A stretch of 64,000 bases of DNA from an uncultured virus (IMG/VR IMGVR_UViG_3300028283_000001). Lineage: Duplodnaviria; Heunggongvirae; Uroviricota; Caudoviricetes. The notes beneath the pieces are model-generated. The model was given only the letters and a program-made list of their open reading frames with translations. It was not told the DNA's origin and ran no database searches. The stretch lies in IMG/VR virus record IMGVR_UViG_3300028283_000001. The stretch is one strand, 5' to 3'. Position 1 is the first letter of the stretch. Every line of letters starts with the position of its first letter. A program made the position numbers and the translations under genes. Of this stretch, positions 19,230-28,196 are shown piece after piece.

Positions 19230-19865
19230 ATGGCAAACAGAACAAGTACAATTCCTGCAATATGGGCCACTGCAGCCCCGGATGTGGCTTCTCCGCCGGT
19301 TCCTGGAGATACGTATGCAAAATCTGATCTTTCTTCTGTAGAAATGGAAGACGGATATCCGTATAAGATTATCGCTGATTCTGCAACCACAAATGAATTG
19401 CTTAAACGCGTCACTACCCTGCTCCGTCTGTTGGAACAGTACGGGGTTCTCCCGTGGTGCGCAACCACAACATATGCGGCTGGAGGTTTGGCCACAGGAT
19501 CCAATGGGTTTGTTTATTACGCTGTAATTTCTTCCATTGATGTTGACCCGGTGACGGATGATGGCACCCATTGGATCAAAACACCTGGAGCAAGCACCCT
19601 GACTACCACCGGGCAACAGAAAATCTTTGGGGGCTTTATCATTAAGTGGGGCTATGTCAATAACGACAGTGCGGCGGACACAATTGATGTTATGTTTAGC
19701 CCGCCTTTCCCTTCTGATATGCTAAATTTTTCTATTACCCCATGGTCGCATGGATCCACCGGACCGATCTACTCTTTACATGATAAACTTACCGGGGGCG
19801 TGCGGATTGCAAAGGGTGGCACGGCAACGAATTTTTACTTTGACTGGATTGCAATTGGAGTCTAA
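19230..19865 (+). CDS. Short tail fibre protein
   Basis: GVLPW....YAAG attachment region; C-terminal gp53-like GFIIKWG..F...FP..WIAIG. Confidence 0.75.
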   Translation: MANRTSTIPAIWATAAPDVASPPVPGDTYAKSDLSSVEMEDGYPYKIIADSATTNELLKRVTTLLRLLEQYGVLPWCATTTYAAGGLATGSNGFVYYAVISSIDVDPVTDDGTHWIKTPGASTLTTTGQQKIFGGFIIKWGYVNNDSAADTIDVMFSPPFPSDMLNFSITPWSHGSTGPIYSLHDKLTGGVRIAKGGTATNFYFDWIAIGV

Positions 19866-19867
19866 AA

Positions 19868-22537
19868 ATGACAACAAATAGCATCGCAGAATCAGCATTA
19901 CCTCAGGTTGATGTCATTACTGATGATGACAAGATCCGCATTTTAGTTGGCGGGCAGATCAGTGCAGACATTCTGTGGAGTGTGATTAAGGACAATATTC
20001 TATCGCAGATTGAAACAGGGGGCGGAATCACTCTTCATGCTTCTGCTACGGCTTTGCTGGGGTTATCCCTTCAACAAATTTCCGTGAATGTTCAGGGGGC
20101 AAATAAAATCTTTGCTGGGCCCACTGTTGCGGGATTCGCCATTCCAACTTTTAGGGAATTGGTTTCTGCAGATCTTCCCCCGGTGGCCGATGGTTCGGTG
20201 ACCTTGGCGAAGTTGGCGAGCATTGCTTCACAGACATTCATCGGCCGGAACACTTCTGGGGTGGGTGCGCCGGAGGTGTTGTCCCTGGCCACGGCGTTGG
20301 GAATGTTGAATGTGGCCTCCTTTGACAACCCGGTGTTTACGGGTTTATTGACCACCCCGAATATCAAGATTTCCGCACTGGTTGGGGCGCTTAACCGGCT
20401 GCTATACGTGGGGACGGATGGGGCGGTGGGGGCGATTGCCGGTACCGCGTCAGGGGCTTTGGTCACCTCTGCGGGGGGTGTGCCGTCGATTGCTACGGAT
20501 CTTCCTACGGGAATGACAATCGGGACAAAGTATATTTACCGGCAAGCTGGCACTGATATTCCGGTAGCGGATGGGGGAACAGGGTTGAGTGCCATAGCTG
20601 CAGGATCCATTCTGATAGCAAACTCAGCAAATGTATTGTCTGTATTGACTTCAGGGGCGGATACTAAATTTCTAAGGAACACAGCCGGCACAATCTCTTG
20701 GGAAGCCCTGGCCTTGACCGGCAGTGATATTGCAGGGGCAGGACTAACGAAGGTTGACGACACAAATGTTACTCTGACTCTGGGCGGATTGCCGTCTACA
20801 GCTTTATTGCGTGCGGCTTCCTTAACTCTGGGTTGGGCAGGGTTGTTAGCTGTAGGCCGAGGCGGCACGGGACTGGCCACATTAGCAGCGGGTTACTTAC
20901 CTAAAGGGAATGGGGCTTCCGCTATGTCGGCATCCATTCTCTACGATTCAGGCACAAGGATTGCCATAGGTACCGCCACCCCTCAGGCGCTGCTACATTT
21001 GGAAAGCGCTGCGGATACTGGGGTCAGCTTATATTTGGCGGCTACGGCTGCTGCCGCCACAACAATGGCTGCTATTATGCTTGGGGCAACCAATGTCCCC
21101 GCCACTACTTCGGGTGGCATGTTTTACACCAAAGCCAGCTATACGCCCAGTGGCGTTTTGCAGCCCAACTCCCTTATTGTAGATTGTCTTGATGTAGGCG
21201 GGTTATGGATAGGGGCAAGAAATGCGGTAGGGAAGATCCACTTCTACACAGGGGGATTGGCAGCAGGGAATGAACGAGTCACTATATTAGAAACCGGATA
21301 CGTGGGCATTGCTAAAGTGCTCCCAGTTTATCCTCTGGATGTAGCGGGAATGGTCGGGGCAAGTGGGGCGTATGTTTTATCTGCTGCAAACACAACTATT
21401 CATAAGCCCGGAATTGTTTACACTGAAGATTATTGGGGGTCTGCGGTAGTCCATAAAAACGTATCTGCTACGCGCATAAGATCCGGGGCATTTTATGTTG
21501 AACATGTTGATGAAGATGTGACCGCATATATTCCAGATGATCCTTTAACTCCAACTGTAAATGAAGCAGAGCATTTCAATGGTGCTGGAGCTATGATTCA
21601 ATCTTGGTCAAAGCTTGGGCCCAACAATGTTGGCTTGGAAGAAAGCAGCAAAGATATAACAGGCGCATGGTTAATCGCGGCAACCAGAACCAGAATCAAT
21701 CGTCCTGATGTTGGGGCATCTGGGGTGTTGGGGATGTCGATGCAGTTTGGATATGGTTGCGCGACAAATGAGTTTGAAGCAATAAATCCGGCGTACCCTG
21801 CTTCCAGTGCGCAGGCAACGCAACTTTGTGCGGTATTGGCTTTTATTGAGCCGCAAGTGGGCCATGGCACAGGAAACTCTGCAGTCATTAATGGGACAAC
21901 ACTTTATTATAATTATGATGTAATAGCTTCAGTTAACTGTGGTCCTTTTGATGCCCGTTCTGGGCTGCTGGTTGTATGCCAGGGGACGGGAAGATTTCAA
22001 TCGGGCATTGATATCAGTAATGCCGCTATTACGCCTACAGGGCAGGTAATTTTATTTCCTTATAACGTGGCCAGGGGGTTGAACCTAAACTCTTGCGGGG
22101 TTATCAATGGCGGGCCGTGCAGTTTTACATCCATGACGATTAGTAGCATCGCCCTATTCTTGAGCACCGTTACCGTAAATGGATTGTTGTCTGCCAGCTC
22201 TTTAAACACTAATGCAATTTCCTGCACTTCTTTAAACGCTGGGTATGGGGCATTATCCGGTGGGGCGGTCAACTGCAGCTCCATCGCGTGTTCTGGAAAT
22301 TTAGTTCATAATAATAACACTGGCGTTTACGGCAAGAATACCGGAGGAACGCTTCGAAACCTCATTACGATGACCTCCGGGAACTCCGTGGAAATTGCCA
22401 CCCTTTGTGACAATTTGATAACCATAGGCTGGAGCGCAGCGGTTGCAAACCCGCTTTACATCCATGTCGGCGGGGTAAATAGGAACGTGCAATCTGTTTT
22501 TATTTCTGGCGTTGGGAATGTGTTGATAGGAGTTTAA
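19868..22537 (+). CDS. Long tail fibre / receptor-binding protein
   Basis: 889 aa, Gly/Ala/Thr-rich; PTFRELVSADLP, two V..GGTGL repeats, IGTATPQALLH and VGI...P.YPLDV.G beta repeats. Confidence 0.75.
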   Translation: MTTNSIAESALPQVDVITDDDKIRILVGGQISADILWSVIKDNILSQIETGGGITLHASATALLGLSLQQISVNVQGANKIFAGPTVAGFAIPTFRELVSADLPPVADGSVTLAKLASIASQTFIGRNTSGVGAPEVLSLATALGMLNVASFDNPVFTGLLTTPNIKISALVGALNRLLYVGTDGAVGAIAGTASGALVTSAGGVPSIATDLPTGMTIGTKYIYRQAGTDIPVADGGTGLSAIAAGSILIANSANVLSVLTSGADTKFLRNTAGTISWEALALTGSDIAGAGLTKVDDTNVTLTLGGLPSTALLRAASLTLGWAGLLAVGRGGTGLATLAAGYLPKGNGASAMSASILYDSGTRIAIGTATPQALLHLESAADTGVSLYLAATAAAATTMAAIMLGATNVPATTSGGMFYTKASYTPSGVLQPNSLIVDCLDVGGLWIGARNAVGKIHFYTGGLAAGNERVTILETGYVGIAKVLPVYPLDVAGMVGASGAYVLSAANTTIHKPGIVYTEDYWGSAVVHKNVSATRIRSGAFYVEHVDEDVTAYIPDDPLTPTVNEAEHFNGAGAMIQSWSKLGPNNVGLEESSKDITGAWLIAATRTRINRPDVGASGVLGMSMQFGYGCATNEFEAINPAYPASSAQATQLCAVLAFIEPQVGHGTGNSAVINGTTLYYNYDVIASVNCGPFDARSGLLVVCQGTGRFQSGIDISNAAITPTGQVILFPYNVARGLNLNSCGVINGGPCSFTSMTISSIALFLSTVTVNGLLSASSLNTNAISCTSLNAGYGALSGGAVNCSSIACSGNLVHNNNTGVYGKNTGGTLRNLITMTSGNSVEIATLCDNLITIGWSAAVANPLYIHVGGVNRNVQSVFISGVGNVLIGV

Positions 22538-22554
22538 TAAAAAAGGAGGCCGAC

Positions 22555-22866
22555 ATGAGCACAATGAGCAATACCTTTAAAGCTGGGATTATGATTGTAT
22601 TGATAACAATTGCCTACCTCTTTGGAGTAACCTTTACTCCGGAGCAATACGTCAATGAACTGTTTGCTAACAGAATTATTACCTATTTTCAAACCATTAT
22701 TACCGCGATAATTTGCTATTACTGGGGGGCCAGTACCAAGAGTCAAGGCACAATTTATCCCCCTGACAACACTACAACAAGAAAGGAGACCACCCAAGCC
22801 ACCACAACAACCACATCATCACCAACTACTGAAAGCATTTCTGAAACTGAAACTAATAAAATTTGA
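22555..22866 (+). CDS. Putative holin
   Basis: Two hydrophobic segments and a YYWGAS motif; follows the tail fibres. Confidence 0.6.
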   Translation: MSTMSNTFKAGIMIVLITIAYLFGVTFTPEQYVNELFANRIITYFQTIITAIICYYWGASTKSQGTIYPPDNTTTRKETTQATTTTTSSPTTESISETETNKI

Positions 22867-22878
22867 CTGAAAGGAGCA

Positions 22879-23073
22879 ATGAACATGGCTAAAGAAGTGT
22901 ATGAAATCAATATCAATGATCAGAAAGTGGAAATCACTTTCACCCCGAACAATGAAAACCCCTTCCGGAAATCCGATGCCGGCACCGCCACGGTGAAAAC
23001 CAATGGTGTATCCTCCGGGGATTTCCCTTATCAAAGAACCAGTTTCATCCCACTACCCTTTGCTACGGGTTGA
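22879..23073 (+). CDS. Hypothetical protein
   Basis: 64-aa ORF with AAGGAG RBS. Confidence 0.55.
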   Translation: MNMAKEVYEININDQKVEITFTPNNENPFRKSDAGTATVKTNGVSSGDFPYQRTSFIPLPFATG

Positions 23074-23089
23074 TAAGAAAGGAGCCTGA

Positions 23090-23467
23090 ATGATTAACCA
23101 CAGAAGGCTACAGTGCGTCCTGCTGATGCTTCTGGCGCTGGTGCTTGTGTCAGGCTGCGCCGAAAACAAAGCTATGCAGGACAAGCAGCAGGGGCTTGCT
23201 TTTGAGGCCCTTTATAAAAGCGTTTTCTTGGATGTTAAGGCGGTTTATGAGAATCCGGCCTCTACTCCAGCGGAATTGAAACTGGCGGATGAAAAGACAG
23301 TTGTTTTGAAAGAGGTCTACCCTTTACTCAAGGATTTTCTTCGTCCGGTAGATCCAGCGAATCCAAGCGGACCTATTGTTGGGTATGCCTTGTCAGATGC
23401 TAAAATAGAGGCGTTGTTAAAAGGCGTTGACAAGCTGACCAAGTTGGCGATAAAAGGAGGTGCTTAA
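23090..23467 (+). CDS. Lipoprotein (spanin-like candidate)
   Basis: Signal peptide with lipobox LVSG-C; lysis-region position. Confidence 0.65.
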   Translation: MINHRRLQCVLLMLLALVLVSGCAENKAMQDKQQGLAFEALYKSVFLDVKAVYENPASTPAELKLADEKTVVLKEVYPLLKDFLRPVDPANPSGPIVGYALSDAKIEALLKGVDKLTKLAIKGGA

Positions 23468-23468
23468 T

Positions 23469-23636
23469 ATGGATCCTGCAACTGTTTTGGTATTCGCGGG
23501 CATTATAAAAGGGGTTCTGGCGGTAATTGCGGAACAAATGAAAATGGCCGGAGCCACGGAGGATCAGATTAATCTTGCCATGGTCAAAGCCCGGACGGAA
23601 ATGGACGAGATGGATCCGGACACCTTGCGGAACTAA
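23469..23636 (+). CDS. Small hypothetical protein (55 aa, not in ORF track)
   Basis: MDPATVLVFAGIIKGVLAVIAEQ..., preceded by AGGAGG. Confidence 0.55.
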   Translation: MDPATVLVFAGIIKGVLAVIAEQMKMAGATEDQINLAMVKARTEMDEMDPDTLRN

Positions 23637-23657
23637 CCTTTAGGTTTTATTTGCAAT

Positions 23658-23693
23658 AAAGGCTTTGGCCTTTTACAGGAGGCCAAAGCCTTT
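23658..23693 (+). terminator. Intrinsic terminator hairpin ending the late operon
   Basis: AAAGGCTTTGGCCT-loop-AGGCCAAAGCCTTT inverted repeat. Confidence 0.75.
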
Positions 23694-23765
23694 AAACATG
23701 AAAGATAAACGACGCAGGCAGACTGCTGCGACGTGTTCGGCCTTCGGCCCGTATAACCCCTTACC
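23684..23765 (+). repeat. Dispersed repeat element, copy B (82 bp)
   Basis: Near-identical to 8196-8277. Confidence 0.95.
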
Positions 23766-24235
23766 CCCCATTTATTTTGCTCCCCTTGCCTTCTTATTGT
23801 TTTGCTATTTTTAACCCGCCTTTAAATTATAAAATAAATTTAGACATTAAATTAAACTTTATGTTTAAGCAAACATTTTTTAATAGCCATATCTATAAAA
23901 AATTATCCCCGCTTTAATAAATAAATACCATTTAGTGTTTTGCCGGCCTTAAACTTCAAGTTTTTAAAATAGCCTCCAGCAGTCCAGATATCAAGAGCAT
24001 TTTTAAGGGTGATTTGGCATAATTTCCATGGCGTCGTTTTTAGGACGAAGTTAAGGGTAAAGCCCGGATAAAAGTCAAAACCACGCCTGGGCGATTCTGC
24101 GACGATTTAAAGACGGTTTTTAAAAACGCTAACCCCTTATAATAATTTAGGGTTGACGTTTTTTGATAAATGACATTTTTTGTCAATAGCTATTTTATAG
24201 CTAAAAATAAATCGTTATAGGGGTCAAAATAATGC

Positions 24236-24264
24236 TTTACTTTCTTTCGTTTCTTTAATATATT
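24236..24264 (+). promoter_or_regulatory. Sigma70-like early promoter
   Basis: TTTACT-17 bp-TATATT in the large non-coding region upstream of the early genes. Confidence 0.5.
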
Positions 24265-24738
24265 GAATCTACCCTGGAGGTCAAGCCGAAACCCTTTAAC
24301 CCCACTAGGTTGGGCGAAATTCTTTAACAATTTAAGGCTTTTAAAACCGGCGGACGGCTCACCTTTGCCCCCAAGAACCAAACGAACCTATAACCCTTTA
24401 ACACCGGCATTAACCCCTTAAAACAACCCCTGAACGATCCTTACTCCCTCGGGCACGATGAAAATGGGTTTTTAACCCTTTAAAGATTTGGCGGGGCAAA
24501 AGGATAAGCGAATAATGTCAGCAGGAAATTTTCAGTTAATTTGCCTGCAGCCGACCTCTCCCCATCCCTACCCTTGAAACTTCACGGACTTTGATGAACC
24601 CCTTATTCGCTGGATTTGAAATCGGAGATGAAAGCCGATTAGGTCTTTTCACTATATAAAGGTGAAAAGGTCTGATAGTTTTTCATCGTTTGTCAATGTG
24701 TGTTAACCCAAACAAACCAATAAAAAGGAGAAGTTACC

Positions 24739-25398
24739 ATGACGAAAAAAGCCGAAGTTAAATCCGTTGTTGCCCCTGCCGCTACCGCAGGAAAAGTGTT
24801 AACCGGGAAAGCCGCCCTGGACGCTATTAAAAAGGCCGACCCTAAAGCCGCCCTGGACGCTGCAAAAAAAGCCATTAACCTGGACGCCGTTAAAAAGGCT
24901 TCCAAAGCCCCTGAGCCGACCGCTGTAACGCCGATTAAGGCTAACGAGGTAACCTCCGAGCCGGAAGCCGTTAAAGCCCCTGAAGCCTCTGCTGCTGCTC
25001 CTGTGGTCGTCAAAAAGCGCATTAAGGTTGTTAACCCGGAAGTTGCTGCCGCTCTGGAAGCTGTTAAGGTTGCAAAGGCAAAAGCCGCTGAGGTCAAAGC
25101 CAAAATTGCCGCTGATAAGGCTGCTGCCAAAGCCGCAAAGCCCAAACGTGAAAAAGGGGTTAAACGTCAGTCCGCTTATAAAACGGGTCTTTCGGTGCTT
25201 TGCAATGATCCCCATATGGATCGCGAAACCTTTACCCTGTTGGTTAAGGGTCGGGGTGTTGCAATGACGGAAAAGAATCAGGTTCGTGTCAATCGTGCGT
25301 GGGATCGGGCAACCGACATTTTTAAACGGCTGGACGTTGCAGGTTGGTTGATTTCTGTTGGCGCTGCAGCTATTAAAATGACTGAAGACGTGAAATAA
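24739..25398 (+). CDS. Lys/Ala-rich histone-H1-like protein
   Basis: KAALDA.KKA repeats and AKAKAAEVKAK stretches; AAGGAG RBS; first early gene. Confidence 0.6.
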   Translation: MTKKAEVKSVVAPAATAGKVLTGKAALDAIKKADPKAALDAAKKAINLDAVKKASKAPEPTAVTPIKANEVTSEPEAVKAPEASAAAPVVVKKRIKVVNPEVAAALEAVKVAKAKAAEVKAKIAADKAAAKAAKPKREKGVKRQSAYKTGLSVLCNDPHMDRETFTLLVKGRGVAMTEKNQVRVNRAWDRATDIFKRLDVAGWLISVGAAAIKMTEDVK

Positions 25399-25473
25399 TT
25401 TGGCTACCTGCCCTGAGGTTGCTTGGGGCAGGGAACGAGTTTGTTTCCAATAACAAATAATCGGAGGTGAATT

Positions 25474-25749
25474 ATGAGTCTTATGAAGTTTGAAAGACCG
25501 GCAATACGGAATCTTGGAGCACTTTGCTCTAAACTTTATGCTCTTAATCGTCAGTACGAATACGCTGCTGAAGATATAGCGGCATTTCATGCGCCCAGCG
25601 AATGTTACACGCTGGCTTGCAAAGGGGTTGATGCAGAAAAGGAAAAAATCTTTAACGGCATCCTTGAGGAAACGGGTCTTGATCAAAACGATTTTCTTTT
25701 TGAAGTTGCTCGGCGCGGAACGTACAAGTTTGTTTATTTTTATCTTTAA
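25474..25749 (+). CDS. Hypothetical protein
   Basis: GGAGGTG RBS, 91 aa. Confidence 0.65.
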   Translation: MSLMKFERPAIRNLGALCSKLYALNRQYEYAAEDIAAFHAPSECYTLACKGVDAEKEKIFNGILEETGLDQNDFLFEVARRGTYKFVYFYL

Positions 25750-25764
25750 TTGGAGGGATCAATT

Positions 25765-25956
25765 ATGGAAGAAAAACGGGTCAAAGTGAAATTACTTGGC
25801 AAGGATGGAAATGCTTTCTTCATTCTTGGAACAGTTTCAAAAGCTCTTAAACGGGCAGGCCTCAAGGCTGAAGCCGAAGCCTACATGAAAGAGGCGATGG
25901 GGGGTGACTATGATCACCTGCTGCAAACCACGATGAAGTACGTTGACATTGAATAG
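25765..25956 (+). CDS. Conserved small phage protein (DGNAF family)
   Basis: L.GKDGNAF.ILG.V.KAL...G....EAM.GDYDHLL motif; function unknown. Confidence 0.7.
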   Translation: MEEKRVKVKLLGKDGNAFFILGTVSKALKRAGLKAEAEAYMKEAMGGDYDHLLQTTMKYVDIE

Positions 25957-25967
25957 CTTTTAAATCG

Positions 25968-26011
25968 GCCTCCACACCCTACAATTGACCGTAGGGTGTG
26001 GAGGCTTTTTT
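25968..26011 (+). terminator. Intrinsic terminator
   Basis: GCCTCCACACCCTAC-loop-GTAGGGTGTGGAGGC followed by a T6 run. Confidence 0.85.
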
Positions 26012-26205
26012 GTACCATTTAAATGCGGGGGATGGTTATGTTATCGTTTACGGATGGAGTGGAAATAAATACGTCAGGAAAAATTAGAATCATTTTGTTG
26101 TCTGACGGCTATTACGTTATCGGCGGAGGAATGTGTATCCCTTGTAATTCCAAAAAGGAAGCCGAAGAGCTTGTAAACGAATTAAAATAATTGGAGGTGT
26201 TACTT

Positions 26206-26910
26206 ATGGCAAATGAGATTTTGACCCGCAGCGAAGTTATGGCAATTCCAAGTCCGGCTTTTACAAAAAGCTGGCATCCGTGGTCACACCGGGACATTAT
26301 CAATTCTTTGACCACCGTTCTGGAAAGCGAAAAAATCGGCGTTATTGCTGAGCGGTATTCAGCTAAAAAAGACGGCGCAAACCTGTTCGGTGCATGGACG
26401 CTGGATATAGGGACCGAAACTCAAGTTCAACTCGGATTCCGCAATTCCGTTTGCAAATCGTTTCTTTACGGCGTTTGTTCAGGGACTCACGTTGTTGTTT
26501 GTTCCAATATGTGCTTCAGCGGCGAATTTGTTGAGTTCCGTAAGCACACCGGACGGTTGGACTTTGACGAGTTGTTGGAAATCGGTGCTCGATCAATCAA
26601 AAAGGTTGTTGATGACGGAAAGAAAATGATCACCTGGCAAAACGATCTGCATCAGTTCGAACTGGATGAGATTCCTTTTAAGGCGCTCACCTATGACGCC
26701 ATGGAGGAAGGCGTGATTGCTCCGCAAAACTTTCATGATTACCTGGAGGCGTGGAATACGGAAGTGGAAACCTCCAAAGAACGGACTATGTACGAGTTCC
26801 ACGGAGCAGTGACCCGGATGATTCGTGAGAAGAACCTTTTCATCATCACCAAACATACCAAGTCCCTCAACTCGTTGTGCGACCGTTATATTAACTGTTT
26901 TGCTGATTAG
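26206..26910 (+). CDS. DUF932/DUF945-like phage protein
   Basis: SWHPWSH, LGFRNS, G.HVVVCSNMCFSG, RKHT motifs. Confidence 0.7.
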   Translation: MANEILTRSEVMAIPSPAFTKSWHPWSHRDIINSLTTVLESEKIGVIAERYSAKKDGANLFGAWTLDIGTETQVQLGFRNSVCKSFLYGVCSGTHVVVCSNMCFSGEFVEFRKHTGRLDFDELLEIGARSIKKVVDDGKKMITWQNDLHQFELDEIPFKALTYDAMEEGVIAPQNFHDYLEAWNTEVETSKERTMYEFHGAVTRMIREKNLFIITKHTKSLNSLCDRYINCFAD

Positions 26911-27360
26911 TGGATTGGCTACGGGGCTGAATTTTTCTTCAGCCTCGGAACGAGTCTATTAATGTTAACCTAAAAATGGAGGTTTGGTTATGGGTGTTAA
27001 TATGTATTTTTCTGGAGATCCGATTGCTTATTGCACAAGTCGCAATCATTATTCAGCTTGTTTTATCCATTTTGATAATGTTGATAAAATTTACAAGAAT
27101 GGTCTTTTGACTATGACTGGACGGCGTTTTAATTCTCGTGGTCAAGAAGTTAAAACAAAAAAGATTTAATTCCCTTCTTCTTATCTTGTTGATATCATTG
27201 TTGCTCGTGCATTGATTGAAGAGGACATAAGAAGAAAAGCGGATAGAAGGATTATCCGGGAAGTTCAGGGGTTATTGGAAGAAACTTCTAAACGACTTAA
27301 TGATCAGAAACGGAAAGCGATTGAAACTCTTATCGACCTCTTAAAAATGGAAGATTGATT

Positions 27361-27636
27361 ATGAACTATGAAGTTTTCAAATCAGGTTTACGCAAGGGGC
27401 AACCCAAAACCTTAACCGATAGGGTTATTCGTTTTATTGAGAAAGGTTTACGGAGGCCGAAACACTATAATGTTCGAAACAATTTTCTTCAGTTTGAAGG
27501 CCTCGTTTCTGGATCCTTCTGGTTTATCGGCAAGAATGGAGCTGTCCGCACCGGCCAAAGCAAGTCAAGTTCCATCTCTATTACCGAGCGGGTTCATCGT
27601 CAAATGGAAATTTGGGAAAAAGAAAACAACTTATAA
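27361..27636 (+). CDS. Hypothetical protein
   Basis: About 91-aa basic ORF. Confidence 0.55.
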   Translation: MNYEVFKSGLRKGQPKTLTDRVIRFIEKGLRRPKHYNVRNNFLQFEGLVSGSFWFIGKNGAVRTGQSKSSSISITERVHRQMEIWEKENNL

Positions 27637-27687
27637 TTTTAATTAGCCCCAGGGAGGAGCCAATTCCTCGCCTGGGGCGAAGGAGTA

Positions 27688-28182
27688 TTGATGCAACAAT
27701 ATGAAGACTATGAGAAAATGATTAAATCAATAGCGTGGAAGTTTGCCTACACCACAGATCATTTCAAAGATCTTGTTTGCGAGGGTAACCTGGAATATGT
27801 TAAAGCCCTTATTTCTTACGATTCAACCGAAGACGCTGCCTTTTCTACTTACCTTTGGAAATGCCTTTTCAATAGGATGAACGTATTGCGTAAGAAAAAG
27901 AAAATGGATTATCTTGAAGAAATTGATAAACAGTTTTCTTGTAAAGAACCTGATATTGTGCGTTTCATTATTCTTAAGGATATGATATCATCACTCAGCG
28001 CAAACGCTAAAGAAATTATTCATCTGGTGCTTGAAACACCAGATGATCTTTACGACGTTATTAAGGACGAAGCAAAACTTAATCGTCGTATTTTAACTGA
28101 TTACCTTGTTTCCCGAGGGTGGAAATTCCAGAATATCTGGGATAGTTTCAAAGAAATTAAAATGGCTTTAAACAATTTTTAA
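27688..28182 (+). CDS. Phage RNA polymerase sigma-factor-like protein
   Basis: Region 2-like MIKSIAWKF..DLVCEG....KAL.SYD....FSTYLW; region 4-like LSANAKEII. Confidence 0.75.
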   Translation: MMQQYEDYEKMIKSIAWKFAYTTDHFKDLVCEGNLEYVKALISYDSTEDAAFSTYLWKCLFNRMNVLRKKKKMDYLEEIDKQFSCKEPDIVRFIILKDMISSLSANAKEIIHLVLETPDDLYDVIKDEAKLNRRILTDYLVSRGWKFQNIWDSFKEIKMALNNF

Positions 28183-28196
28183 TGGAGGATTAAAAA

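Noticed and set aside
19868..22537. Diversity-generating retroelement or invertible fibre cassette
   Set aside because: No reverse transcriptase, template/variable repeat pair or invertase found in the window.
24130..24480. Telomere-like TAACCC repeats
   Set aside because: Dispersed rather than tandem; better explained as protein-binding boxes.
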